Part shown: one piece after another, positions 12,239 through 24,720 of the stretch
Numbering within the stretch: the first letter of the stretch is position 1
How the letters are laid out: the number at the start of each line of letters is the position of its first letter
Assembly (NCBI GenBank): GCA_965637545.1
Contig: OZ281497.1
Span: 26,102,001 to 26,166,000, forward strand
Direction of reading: 5' to 3'
DNA length: 64,000 bases
From: Phallusia mammillata
Taxonomy: Eukaryota
The notes under the pieces: model-generated
What the model was told of the DNA's origin: nothing
Seen by the model: only the letters and a program-made list of their open reading frames with translations
Databases searched by the model: none
Position numbers and translations under genes: made by a program

Positions 12239-13755
12239 CTTTAGATGGAAATTTTGATGACGAACAAAATGGTTGCTCGATTTTAGGATAATAAGTTTTT
12301 AGCGCGTTTGACAATCGCGAAAAACCATCTCTTACCTATCAAACGGAAACATACAAACAATAAGATATATTTACTTTTTGAATGAAAATACATTCAACTC
12401 ATCGTCAAATATGACACATTTAATTCAAAACTGAAATCAAAATATTACTAACTTACTTCAAAAAACTTGGGCAAAATTTCGTGCTATTAAATCATAGGTC
12501 AAATCATAGCAGTGTTTCTGGGAAAACTTGAGAATTTACAAACTATCGTTGTCAAGTATATACATGTTATCATATCAATTATATGTTCCAACAAAAACGT
12601 TCTTAAAGAATTGATATAATAATAACCACCCGACCATAATCTTTGTGCGGTTAACAATTTCAAATACAACGGAGATACTTGTTAGCTTTACTTACCAATA
12701 TATGTTTACTGTTATAAACTTGATTTAAAATAACTGTGGTAGAACGAAGGTTTTAGAAACTAAAATAAACATAAAAACATAAACACGCTTCAAGTATAAG
12801 GGGGTTTGAAACATGTATTAAACTTCACGGTAACCGAGTGTCTCTACTGAATAAACAACAAGGAACTAATCCACATAAAATATTGTTTCTTAACACAATG
12901 TATAAACAAAATTGTTTGATCAAACAAAGGTATTTTCAAAAAACTAAGTAACGTATGAAAAAAGTACGTTGTGGTCAACCATGCTACGAAAACATTATAA
13001 CATCATAATTTAATTTCATGCTTTTTATCGTTGACAAAAAAAGTTTGAACTTTTTACTTGAAAGAAGGAAACCTGTTCTCTTTGCTCTATGATACAAACG
13101 ACAATCTTCAAGTAAGCTTGTGTGACAAAAACAAGTAACGCAACGCCACCAGAAAGTGAAAAAGCTGACACAAAACTTCTTCTAATTGTCAGAACAATTG
13201 GTGTAATAAACGAACAACAACCGCAAATCAAACTTACAGCAAAAATAGACCAGATATATTTTGCACATTCGTCAACATTTTAACAAAATTGAGCACAAAA
13301 TTAAAATCTTATGCCCAGCGAGTTTGCTAGACAGTGTAATTACACCCTAATGTCATGGAATGATTACTAAAACCAGACAAATATTTTCGATTTCTATTTT
13401 TGTTTATCGAAATGAAAATACACAACAAACTAATGTCATTCAAACGCTCCAAGCAAATTTGAAATCTTGCTCACCAACCGAGCGCTTATCAAGCAACAAG
13501 TATTTGCATACAAGTTTTGTTGTATGAAACTGCCACCCACATTTGTTGTCCCAATATGTTTGCTTTACTTTTTATTTCGTGGACGTTGGCCCCATTTTAA
13601 TGGAGATGCAAAGTGCTTAGCGATTATTTGCCAATTCAGCAAAATATCCGCATGAAAGTAAAGTTTGATTATTTGTATGCATTTTCAAACTGGTTTAGTC
13701 AGGGTAACTTTTTACGAACAAAACGAATTTTGCACGGATTTCCAATTTGCATAAT

Positions 13756-14739
13756 ACGGACGATTACAGAGCAACTTGGCATTTTTATGAAACAATTTAT
13801 ATGCATTTATTATATCAGGCTTTCTATGCTGTTTTTCTGGGTTCGGGTTTGGTTTATGTCTTAAAATATTTTAACACCCTTTATCGATGTTTACTCACGT
13901 ATTTTTTAGTGGATTTTTCTGAAGTTCACGAGTTTTGTGCTAACGATCCGGCTGATATGAGTACGGTCATAAGATTGTTCTATCAGACAACACAATAAAC
14001 ATTGCAGCATTAAACTTGTTGGAAATCATTTTCGGCAAGGAAGATGTCGCACAACAAGCAACTTACCTGTGGACTTTGTATCAAGTTGTTATGCGTAGGT
14101 GGTCAAACCTACTTGCGCAAGAAGGGTTCCTGGTACTTTGTTTGCGATGTTGCCTCGCCAGTTTCGCAAATAGCGCGTCCAACAGTCGCCAAACAATAAT
14201 GTGACAACAGAAAGCCACTTTAGCAACGGTGGGACGTGTTTATTAACCTCTTGCTGAACGCCAAAATTTTCAGACCCAAACTGAACCATATTGTCATTTA
14301 CAAAACTCGGGTTTAAAAGTTTAACAAAATAGTTGCACGTATTCCAGGACAATATATCGGACTGTACGCTATAGAAGAACCTCGTTCGGGTTGTAATTGG
14401 TCCAAACCAATTTAGGACCCCGCCAACAGCTTTACGTAACAATTGTTGAGTGAAAGACACATTGCTGATAAAATACCTTTGGAAATTCGAAATAAACTAA
14501 TTATATTGTGCGGTTTGCTAGGAGTGGTATGAAAAACCAAAGTGGTAAGAAAGATGTCGCTACTTGAAAAATAAATCTAAATTATCAAGATACCGTTAAA
14601 ACAGATAAAAACAACAGTGACGTCCGCACTGCAGGAAAATATTTCTCATAAAATCTGAACGCTCTATATTCCTGGTATTGCTGCGGCTCACCATGTAGCC
14701 GCGACTGTTTGGTAAACATAGTAACCGAGGTCCTGTGGC
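13756..14739. repeat. About 1-kb segment duplicated at 17185-18176
   Basis: Near-identical sequence with scattered substitutions and small indels. Confidence 0.95.
14089..14460 (-). pseudogene. Probable decayed NACHT-end/first-LRR segment of an older NLR subfamily (second copy 17532-17897)
   Basis: RYLRNWRGNIANKV resembles LVLWRCDIGSEGV of the LRR exons, and NDNMVQFGSENF resembles the HD2 end helix. Diverged copies with stops or frameshifts lie at about 9.3, 11.3-11.4, 20.5 and 20.8-20.9 kb. Confidence 0.35.
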
Positions 14740-15539
14740 TATGATGAAGCAAGTTGTCGTAAAACAACGTCACATGACAGTTTCTTATTCCCGAGTTTGC
14801 TGTTGACACACTTCACTAAAAATTTAAAACGCCTCAATATTTGTGACAAATAAAGTAGCGCAATGAAAGGAGTGATCCTTTTTGTGCTCTTTGTTTTTCT
14901 TTAGTAATAACCCTACTTCGCTTTGCCCAACACGCATTGAAAGAGAACTCCATTTCACATATTTATTCGCTCATCACAGCATGTACTTCCCCGCTCTTGC
15001 GCCGCTAGACCCACAAGATATATAACGTCCTAAATTATTCAAATAGTTAACATTATTTTCAATTAACTCGGCATTATATGGCCAACGAGGAAAACATAAT
15101 AATCAAAAGACAAATAAAGTTCTAAGCATGGTAAAATCTAAAATGCACCAAAACTGCAGGCAAACTTGAATAAAAACAACAATATACGAATCTAAATGCG
15201 AACCATATAAAATGAAAATGATCCAAACAAAGAACCATTTAAAATGCTACTTTAAATTTAAGCGTTATGAATAAAAGGAGATCTTGTTAAGTGATGAACA
15301 AAGCCTAAAAATGAACATGTTTAAAATGTGAACAAAACCAAGAGTACAACTTTATGCTAACAAGTTGTCAACGTACACGATAAAAAACCCAGACTTTTCA
15401 TTATAAAATTAAAGAAGTGTCGAATAGTAATAGCGCGCATACAGGTTTGAAATTGCACTAGTATAATATTTGCAAGGTAGTGCGAATGTGGTCCTTTTCG
15501 CTGGTAACACACGATACACAGTCAAAGGCGAAAAACGGT

Positions 15540-15885
15540 TTTGTTCGTCATTTTAGCGACGTCGTCAGAAAAGAGAAATGAGTTATGAAGGTCCGGCTTA
15601 TTATAAAGTAGGAAAACAGCAGACGAAGCGATTTCTCGATCATTCATTTCATGAATACAGTTTCAAATATTTAAAAGATTCTTGTCGCTGAATTTCTTTC
15701 CGGAGTTGAAGAATTTATTCAGCCAAGACCTCTTAGGGTTCATGTTTGCAGTGAGAAATTCTACCATCCAGAACTTCTTGAGTGACCAATCTTCGCTCAA
15801 GGGTGCAGAGACAAGGGTTTCAAGTTGTTTAAAAACCCTAGAATCACAAAATCCAAAAACAAACTTGGAAACAACTTTCCATCTG
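15540..15885 (-). pseudogene. Detached 3' fragment of a NACHT exon (HD2 region)
   Basis: Translates RWKVVSKFVFGFCDSRVFKQLETLVSAPLSEDWSLKK...I*NCIHEMNDREIA...FSDDV, matching B RWEVVSKFVFGICDSSVFNTLE...WAHEMNDLQIA...LPDDV. In-frame TGA at 15663-15665. Confidence 0.85.
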
Positions 15886-17184
15886 TAAATCGGATTTAAC
15901 TTTTCCGTCAGCCGCGCTAGACTGCTGGATGAAAAACTTGATATTCGGCGGGTGCTCGACTTGTTTATGATATATTTCTGCCTGATTTAGGTCTTTTCGT
16001 TTGTAGGTGGGTTGTTTTATTGTTATTTACCAGGAAAATAAGAATAGAGTCAATGGAGTACTGATAGTATTGGTACAAATTGTCTTGTTTTCATTGTTTT
16101 TTGGTTGTTTTTAGCAAATTAGTTTTAAATGGTCGTTTAATATTTTTGTAAACAGTTTGAAATTAAATACTGAACAAAAACATACTAAAATTTTCTTACC
16201 AGTGGTTTAAAGAACTTTTATTTACAGCTTTTTTTTTAGTCTTGGGCTGGTCGTTTTTAATTTAACTGGTCATTTTTAATGAAATGATTTTGCCATTATG
16301 TAACCACTACTTTTCAAAAAGAAAAGTACAAGAGAGGTGCTGCTGTTGAAAGCTTACCAGGAAGGAAACACTATTCACACGAGCCTATAATGTGTAGGTG
16401 AATTTTGGTATAAGTTCTAAATGTATTGCTCCTTTAACAACTTTGATTTGTGCAAAAATGTAGGAACTTTTCCTAATTTACATGTCTATGACTAATTCAG
16501 CAACTCCAGTGCACCTGTTCAATAAACTTCGAAAAGAAAATCTTGTATATGGATTTCCAGGTTGATATACTTGAATAAAAATGTAGTTTCTACTGATCAA
16601 CTGTTCCATATATCTTTCCATAGAGTTCAAGATATGAATTTGTGACATGTTTGTCAGACTATAGAAAGCAATTTCCCAATAAAAACCTCATTCAACATCA
16701 CTGAGCAAATCGATGAAGCTGAAAACTTCAGAAAAGTATGTCACAAGCCAAAGAATACAAGTTTTCTTCTTGCATTTGACAACATCTAGCATCATTGTGA
16801 TTGTGCACCAACGTACAAGTTTATGTACATGCATTATTTCACATAGAAGCTTTTTTTGTAATTTATGTTGTTTTATGACTGTTTTCTTTGCGTTTCTGCA
16901 ATCTTGTGTTTTCTAAAATGTGTTTATTTATGTTATTGCTATTATATTACCAACTTTGAAACATAAAGTGTCTGTAAAACAGGGAAGTGTGTTTCAACAG
17001 CAATGACAGAAGTATACTGAAACCAATGTAGCTGTTGCAATTGTTTTTGGAAACATTTTACCGTGGAATGATGATCAAAGTTATATTTTGTCACAAAATA
17101 AACTAAACGGAATTTTGTAGCAAGTTTCTTAAGACGTAGAAACACTAAATATGTCGAGCACATTTACCTAGTTTTCTTTGCAAC

Positions 17185-18176
17185 AAAATCGTCGACGGAC
17201 GATTACAGAGTAACTTGGCATTTTTACGAAACAATTTATATGCATGTATTATATCAGGCTTTTTATGCTGTTTTTTTCTATGGGTTCGGGTTTGGTTTAT
17301 GTCTTAAAATATTTTAAAACCCTTTATCGATGTTTACTCACGTATTTTTTAGTGGAGTTTTCTGAAGTTCACAAGTTTTGTGCTAACGATCCGGCTGATA
17401 TGAGTACGGTCATATGATTGTTCTATCAGACAACATAATAAACATTGCAGCATTAAACTTGTTGGAAATCATTTTCGGCAAGGAAGATGTCGCACAACAA
17501 GCAACTTACCTGTGGACTTTGTATCAAGTTGTTATGCGTAGGTGGTCAAACCTACTTGCGCAAGAAGGGTTCCTGGTACTTTGTTTGCGATGTTGCCTCG
17601 CCAGTTTCGCAAATAGCGCGTCCAACAGTCGCCAAACAATAATGTGACAACAGAAAGCCACTTTAGCAACGACGGAACGTGTTTATTAACCTCTTGCTGA
17701 ACGCCAAAATTGTCAGACCCAAACTGAACCATATTGTCATTTACAAAACTCGGGTTTAAAAGTTTAACAAAATATTTATTCCAGGACAATATATCGGACT
17801 GTACGCTATATAAGAACCTCGTTCGGGTTGTAATTGGTCCAAACCGATTGAGGACCCCGCCAACAGCTTTACGTAACAATTGTTGAGTGAAAGACACATT
17901 GCTGATAAAATACCTTTGGAAATTCGAAATAAACTAATTATATTGTGCGGTTTGCTAGGAGTGGTATGAAAAACCAAAGTGGCAAGAAAGAGGTCGCTAC
18001 TTGAAAAATAAATCTAAAATATCAAGATACCGTTGAAACAGATAAAAAAATCAGTGACGTCAGCACTGCAGGAAAATATTTCTCATAAAATCTGAACGCT
18101 CTATCTTCCTGGTATTGCTGCGGCTCACAATGTAGACGCGACTGTTTCGTAAAGATAGTAACCTAGGTCCTGTGGC
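17185..18176. repeat. Second copy of 13756-14739, fused to the broken NLR-A NACHT exon
   Basis: Direct sequence identity; the junction lies at about 18174-18176. Confidence 0.95.
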
Positions 18177-19352
18177 CACTTTTTTGCTGATGTGGTTTTT
18201 CCCATTCCAGCTTGTCCAACCACACCAACTACATTTCCATGTTTTTCAATGTAGTTTTGTTTTGCTTCCATTTTATGTTCTTTGAACTTCTTCTCTGCCT
18301 CTTGTTGTGCAATCTGTTTTGCACGAGGGAACATTTCTTCATCGGTAATGTGACTTTCTAGTGTTTTGTGAAGTTCATCTCTACCGTCATGATGTCCTTC
18401 TGCTTGAAACTCGTCGCTGATTTGTTGTGGTTTATTGACCATTGCAACGGGGACGGGTTCTATAGCTCGGTCCAAAAACTCAGCTAGTGTCGATTCTTCA
18501 CTGACGATGACTTTGACTTCTCTCTTTAGTAGAAACTTCAGTTGTTCACCTAAACAACATTCATTCTGCAAATCACTACTAGCATCACGCCAGTTTAAAT
18601 TATGGTATTTTATTCAGTGGTACATGTACTATTTTTTGCATTTTAACTAATACCAAATAAAACCTTTTCTCACATTTTTCATTTTCTGCGGCTTGTGTTG
18701 TTTGATTTTGATTTGGTAAAGCATGGGCTGCTGTAGATTGATTTGTCGCTGTCCTACGTTGTGTTGCTGTAGAACTTAGGGTTTGTGGTTCTACATCCAA
18801 AGGTGAAGTCGACTGGTTGCGGCATGTATGTGGTTGATGGGATGTGGACGGGGTTTCATCAATTGACTTTGGCGAGGTTTCTTCCTCCAAAGCAACTGGT
18901 GCAGGTGGTTGTGCTGAAGTGTGGGGTTGTTCATGTATATGCTAAACCGTTTGTTGCTGTTGAACAAGGGTATAATAGTTGTGTTGATGAAGTTCTACTG
19001 GTGCATTGAACACTGCTCCAGTTGTGTGAGTGATTTCATCTGCTTTTTCCTGAAAAGTACAAAAATGTTTGACATCTGTACCAACTCTTTTGCTCTTATT
19101 ACCTACAATATTTATAACTTTGTTCTTTTGATCGATTGGACAAACTTGAGCTGGATGTGGTTGGGGTACAACATCTCTTGATTGTTCGAGTAGAGGGACA
19201 CTTTCACCAGATTGTTGGGAACCTTGTGGCAGTCTTGTGTGAAGTTCACTGTCACCCGATTCTTATGTAAAGTTTGGTTGGTCACGTAGGTTTCGGGCAA
19301 CAGTGGGATTAGAACTTTCGTTTCGAGGTTGGTTTTCTATATTTTCTGACAT
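18174..19352 (-). pseudogene. NLR-A pseudogene 5' part: exons 19107-19352, 18674-19049 and a NACHT exon from 18549 truncated just after Walker A
   Basis: Homologous to exons 1-3 of B/C with intact splice sites. In-frame TAA at 19263-19265 and TAG at 18942-18944. Homology stops after GQAGMGKTTSAKKW at about 18174. Confidence 0.88.
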
Positions 19353-21019
19353 GCTTACAAGCATAGAATCATTAAACTAGATAAACAACCTGTATTTTGT
19401 AAACAGGTTTCAATAAGTTACATTAACAAGTAAAATTAAATATTCACGAGAGATGAGTTGTATTTAATTATAGCACAGTGTGCTGTATCGAAAGTTGGAG
19501 GGGAGTTGGACAAATCAATTTTTGACACCACCAACAGCACCACGTAACAACTGTAGTGTCGGAGAAAAATTGATTAAAAATACTTTTGGGCATTATAAAT
19601 TAACTAATTGAATTGTGTGGTTTGCCGCCGCGCCTGTTCGTTAACATCGCAACCGCCCGACTCTGAGATCCCTTGGTAACGACGAAGCAAGCCTTCGTAA
19701 ACAACGTCAAAGGATGTCACATGACGCTTCTTAATTCCCGTCTTAACTGCTAAAAAATTTTTGACACACTAAAACCACTACCCTCAATTTCCCGGCATGA
19801 CGATTATAAGGTTTGTGGCAAATAAATAGCGCAACGGAAGTACAGGACTTTTGCAATAATAAGGCAAGCTATTTTAAAACAACAGCGACGTGTTGGCGGT
19901 TTTAAAAGTTAGCTAAACCTTTATCACTCCTTTTTTTATGTCATGATTAAAAAGTTCAACAAGTTTAACAAAATGTGAGTCCAACATCACAACAAGTGAA
20001 CAAGAAAAAAAGACTTCACGTAAAAATTTTGTCCTTAAAACAACACCTACATATTTGAAATACTTCAACACGTATTTAGAAGTAGCAACGGTTAGCTTAC
20101 AAAATAGTTTGTCGCATACAACTAGAGGTTATGGCTATGGTGAACATGTTTGGGTCTTGCTTGTGTGACGATATTAATCAAAGCGTGATTTTGGTATGTA
20201 ACAAACAATATCAAAACACAAACTTTCGTAAATTTGCAGTTTGTGAACAGAACCATAGCATTACATGTACTGACATAAAGAGGTGTGTCAACCCTTGCAA
20301 TGAACAAAGGCGCATTTCAGCTGTTTTTACCGATTTCAATCAATTGCCACAATGGGAACAATTTGTCGCGCAAACCTACAACTGCAAAAGAAATATTTGG
20401 ATCGCAAAGTAATAGTCCTTTTCGTTGGTAACACACAGTAAGCAACAAAAAGCAAGATTTTTTACCGACATTTTATTGAGCACATGTTGGATTTTAGCTT
20501 CTACTAAAAAGGTTTCCGACCCCGGTTTACGATGTCACAGCGAACTATTTCCAAATATCGCTACCGCTCGTCGCACAACAATGCAAACAGTTGCAACGCG
20601 ACGGGGCCTTTAAACACCAGCGAGGTAAGCAATCGTAAAAACAACCTCGGTTGATTGTTGAACATTTTTCGGCACAAAAGAACAATTTTGGCAAGAAAGG
20701 GAAGTTCGCCACAGGTCGAGGCTTAGCTCCACGAAGACAGTTAAAAAGTCTATGTTCGCGTTTTATGGTCGCATGCTATAAAGTTTTCTTGACCCTGGTT
20801 TGCGACGACACGATCCGTTTTTCAAACATCGAGACTGTTTGTCGCCCAACGGCGCAAATTTACAAAACTGTAAACTACTTTGGCAACGACGGTATAAAAC
20901 ATCGTCTACTTCAACAAGCCGTTTTGCTGGTAAAGTTGACGATGGTTGATTCTCGCAATAAAAACCAGAAATATTTCGTTTTTCGTGCCCACAAGTTTCA
21001 CTTCAGGCTGCGTTTAAGG

Positions 21020-21594
21020 CAGTGGTTCCCAAACTTTATCTACTCGCGTACCATTTTTTGGGTTCATGCAGCGTTCTCGTACCACCTACAATAATTGTCA
21101 GAAAATTCCAGAATTCACAAATAAAAAATGATGTGCAAAATGTTTAATGAATAAAAATGTTACTAAACTTTACTAACTAACTTTACCTTAGTAACTTTAG
21201 CCTTTAGTAACCAAAGGCTCGTAAATATTAAACAAAAATTAGTCCAACTTTTACCGCCCTCGCTACGGTGCCACTGTCAACACAACTAGTAGCTTATTAC
21301 AATATCTGACTTTAAGGATTTATTACGTCATAATAACAGATTCATAACGTCATAAAACACCTATTTCGTCACAAAGAAACCCTGCTTTACAGTTCGATGC
21401 GTCAATCAATACACCAAGGAATTAGAATTTAGTAGGGAATATAGTATGAAATTTCACGCTCTACGTAACTTGTGTAAATTAAAATAATTACGATAATCAC
21501 TAGGAGATCATTTGCGATCGTTTGGTGTGAACTGAATAAGTTGCTCGCGTACCACCTTGGAGACCTTCGCGTAACCATAGTTTGGGAACCACTG
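21020..21594. mobile_element. hAT (Charlie-like) MITE
   Basis: TIR CAGTGGTTCCCAAACT at both ends and a perfect 8-bp TSD GTTTAAGG. Confidence 0.92.
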
Positions 21595-22080
21595 GTTTAA
21601 GGTTTCTGAATCGGGTTGACGGTGTCGTCGCAACTGTTCCTCAAATACCACATGTGGTCTCCGCACAAGTGTTAGGGTCAATGGGGCTCCAACATTAACA
21701 AGTCGTAATATTGTAAACAACGCCATTTTGTTGTCAACGTCATTTTTTATTTCAAAGTATACTGATACTATGACCGTCTTTGCTTACGTTTTCAACCTGT
21801 TGAGTGAATGGTTTGCGACAAATAAAAAACCCTTAATTTTTTTTAAAGACTCAACATAGCTACACAAAACAACGCAGGATAAACATAATTTTACAGATTT
21901 ACATGTTGCTTGTTTAGATTATGGTGATGGCACTTAAACAGTTAATTTTGTGTTTGCGGAAAATCTACAATAAATTGGTATACACGAGCCTGTAAAGAAA
22001 ACATTTTACCCCAAAAATGTAATATAATTAAAGTTCTAAGCTCATAAACTCAAAATGCCAAAAAGTTTTAACCTCTATGG

Positions 22081-22877
22081 CAGGGGTCTTTAACTCAACG
22101 GTTGTCCCGGGCCAATTTTTAAATTTTCTGGAGGCCGCGGGCCACGTGCAGTCTTACATGTCAAAATGTCCTAGTTCATGGTTCCTTAGTGGCTAACGGC
22201 GTTATTTTCGTTGACCTCCAAGAGCTCATGACTTTACAATCTTACTTCCGTGTTCATCAATGGTTTTCTAATCAAAATCAACAAAGAAAGCAATTGTTTG
22301 CGCATAATTCCCTGTCTTAGTTTTGTCTGTGATGTCACAACCCGCTCTTAGATCATTTATATGGTAACCAATTGATAATATTTAGTTGAATTAAATCCTA
22401 AAGCTGTAGTGGTGAAGGTTTAAATTACTGTTAGCAGCTTAAGCTGATTAATTGATTTTAGCATTGAATTCATCGTGGACCGCGGAAACGTCTGTTATAG
22501 GCACCTGAAAAAGTCAATACGGCCAACATAAGTGTCAACAAAATGTTGGTTGGCTTTAATGAACTTAAAAGTTCCTTATCTCTGATCTAAACTAAAATAG
22601 TGGACACAAAAACCTTAACGGATTTTAACTTTACCCTTTGATGATCAGAATAAGATTGCATCACAATAATAATAACGTATCACAAAGGTTAAATTTGGTC
22701 TTTTTAACTTAGTGATATAGGATTTAGAATTGTGAAATACTTGAAGGGTGAATAAAACACATCCTTTAAATTTAACAAGATATTAATTTATTTTTCATTT
22801 GCTGATAACGCCGCGGGCCACGGAAAATTGCCTGACGGACCACATGTGGCCGGCGGGCCGCGTGTTGGAGACCCATG
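22081..22877. mobile_element. hAT-type MITE
   Basis: TIR CAGGGGTCTTTAAC / revcomp CATGGGTCTCCAAC; degenerate TSD CTCTATGG/CTCTAGTG; GGCCGCGGGCC subterminal motifs. Confidence 0.75.
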
Positions 22878-24464
22878 CTCTAGTGGAAACGGCTTCTTAA
22901 ACTATACATACATATGAGAACACAAAACAACATCAGTGAGCAATGGCACAAAAGCTGTGATAATATTTAAGTCAATTAAATACATTAACAAAACATTTTA
23001 ACAACACACAAACTTATCATGTAAAACGCAATATCAGAGCCACCGCAGCAAAAATTGGTTTTACCTTATTCAGAGGTAAAATTAGAGCACAACATCACTT
23101 GGGTCGAGCACTTGACAAATATTCATAGTAACATAATCATAGTAAAAGTATTAAATAAACAAAATAGAAACAAGCTCAAACTTTACAAACTTTTCATGTA
23201 CAATACAAAAACGACAAATTCCTAAGCAACAATTAATGTGTTTTTTTTTTCAGATGTATACACTGCTAAACGAGCGTGGTCGTTCAAATTGACCAAACGT
23301 GAAATAAACTTTAAAGGTTTTAACCCTACTGTCACGCATGATAACCTTACCCACACCTGCAACACTGTCCTTGTTTAGTCAAACAAAGCAATTTGCAGAA
23401 ACTTGCTGGTTGTGATTGGCAACACGGTGAAAAGAATGTTACATACTACTTGACATGTCATATCTTAAATCGGGCAACAAAAATAAAAACACAGCTGAAC
23501 CTCAAAGATACAGAATCAATCACAGTACAGTTTCACCTAATTTAACTTGCGAAAAGCCGTGAGTCTTAGCTCATATATTTTTCGCATTTGATCGACATTT
23601 GCTTCAAAAAGGCAAAAGCGCACAATTAATAATAATTAAACCCTTACTATCACTTTCTTATTTGTGTAAATCAAAAGAGTCCCGCTTTTATGCTAAAATT
23701 CTACTTAAAGAACAAAACTTGTTGTTCTGAAAACTATTTGATAAAAACGGCTGTAGTTACGAGACACGGGGCTGGGTGCTGATAAAACTAACATCTAGAA
23801 TTGTTTTTGATGCAATCGTTGGCAACCAAGTTAAAATATGCAAGCTGCTTTTAACAAATTTCCACATATTTTGAAACACAAACCTTTGCGTTTAAAGGAT
23901 GTTACGACTTAAACGAACCCGGAAGTGACGTAATTATACACTCAGTGTCCCGGATGCGCCGTGATTCGTGAGTCGTAAATGATTTCACACGTACAATCGC
24001 GACATCAAGTGTATGATTTCTCAGCTACCAGTTAACGCCGTTCGTAGAAAACAAAACTTTTTAACACCAATATAATTTTAACGACAACACTATGGAGTTA
24101 AGATCGGTTCTGACCGCTAATTTCAACAACAAAAACGCGTGTAGAAGGGTACACATCACGCAATACAGTCTAATTCTAACGTTTGACGCTACATTAATCA
24201 AATTAAATTGCGCTTTAGTCCCATCAAGTGGCAAAACTTGAATGCAAATGAGGTCACAACTTGTGATAGGCGAAGAGGCGTCGTCACGCATCACAAAGTA
24301 TGCAAAAGTAAAATTTTTAAGAGTTTGAACAACGAGGTGTTGTATATTCTGTTCCCTGCGCCGAGTGTCTGATATTATATATCGGGACTGGAAGATCACT
24401 CAACACTCGCCGAAAAGAATATCAACGGGATGTTGCCAACAGCGACGCGAAGAAGTCGGCCCTT

Positions 24465-24720
24465 TCCAATCACGCGGTATCACAAGGCCACCGTATTGAT
24501 TTCAATGCGGCGTCTGTTGTGGTCCGGTAGCCTGACTACACGAAAAGACTATTTCTTGAGTCATGGAATATTCACCAACGTTATCGCGCGGTGTTTTCGT
24601 TGCGTTGTGACATACTTGAGTTCCAATATTTTTTCCTTTGTTTATCATGCACTGCACTAGTCGCATTCAGTGCTATTTACCCTGATGAATGCTAGTGGCT
24701 TAGGCATTAAAAATCAGTTT
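24465..24720 (+). mobile_element. Penelope-like element 3' fragment
   Basis: DNA homology to 31935-32120 (SQGHRIDFN..VV...PDY.KR.F.ESWNIHQR) and a degenerate CTGATGA motif at 24682. Confidence 0.65.

Noticed and set aside
14250-14295. RHIM-like VQFGSENFGV (and VQFGSDN at about 17.7 kb, VHVG at about 11.43 kb) as an amyloid partner ORF for the NLRs
   Set aside because: The context fits the HD2 end helix of a decayed NACHT exon (ND..VQ....F) better. The 11.4-kb copy is frameshifted and no intact gene model could be built.
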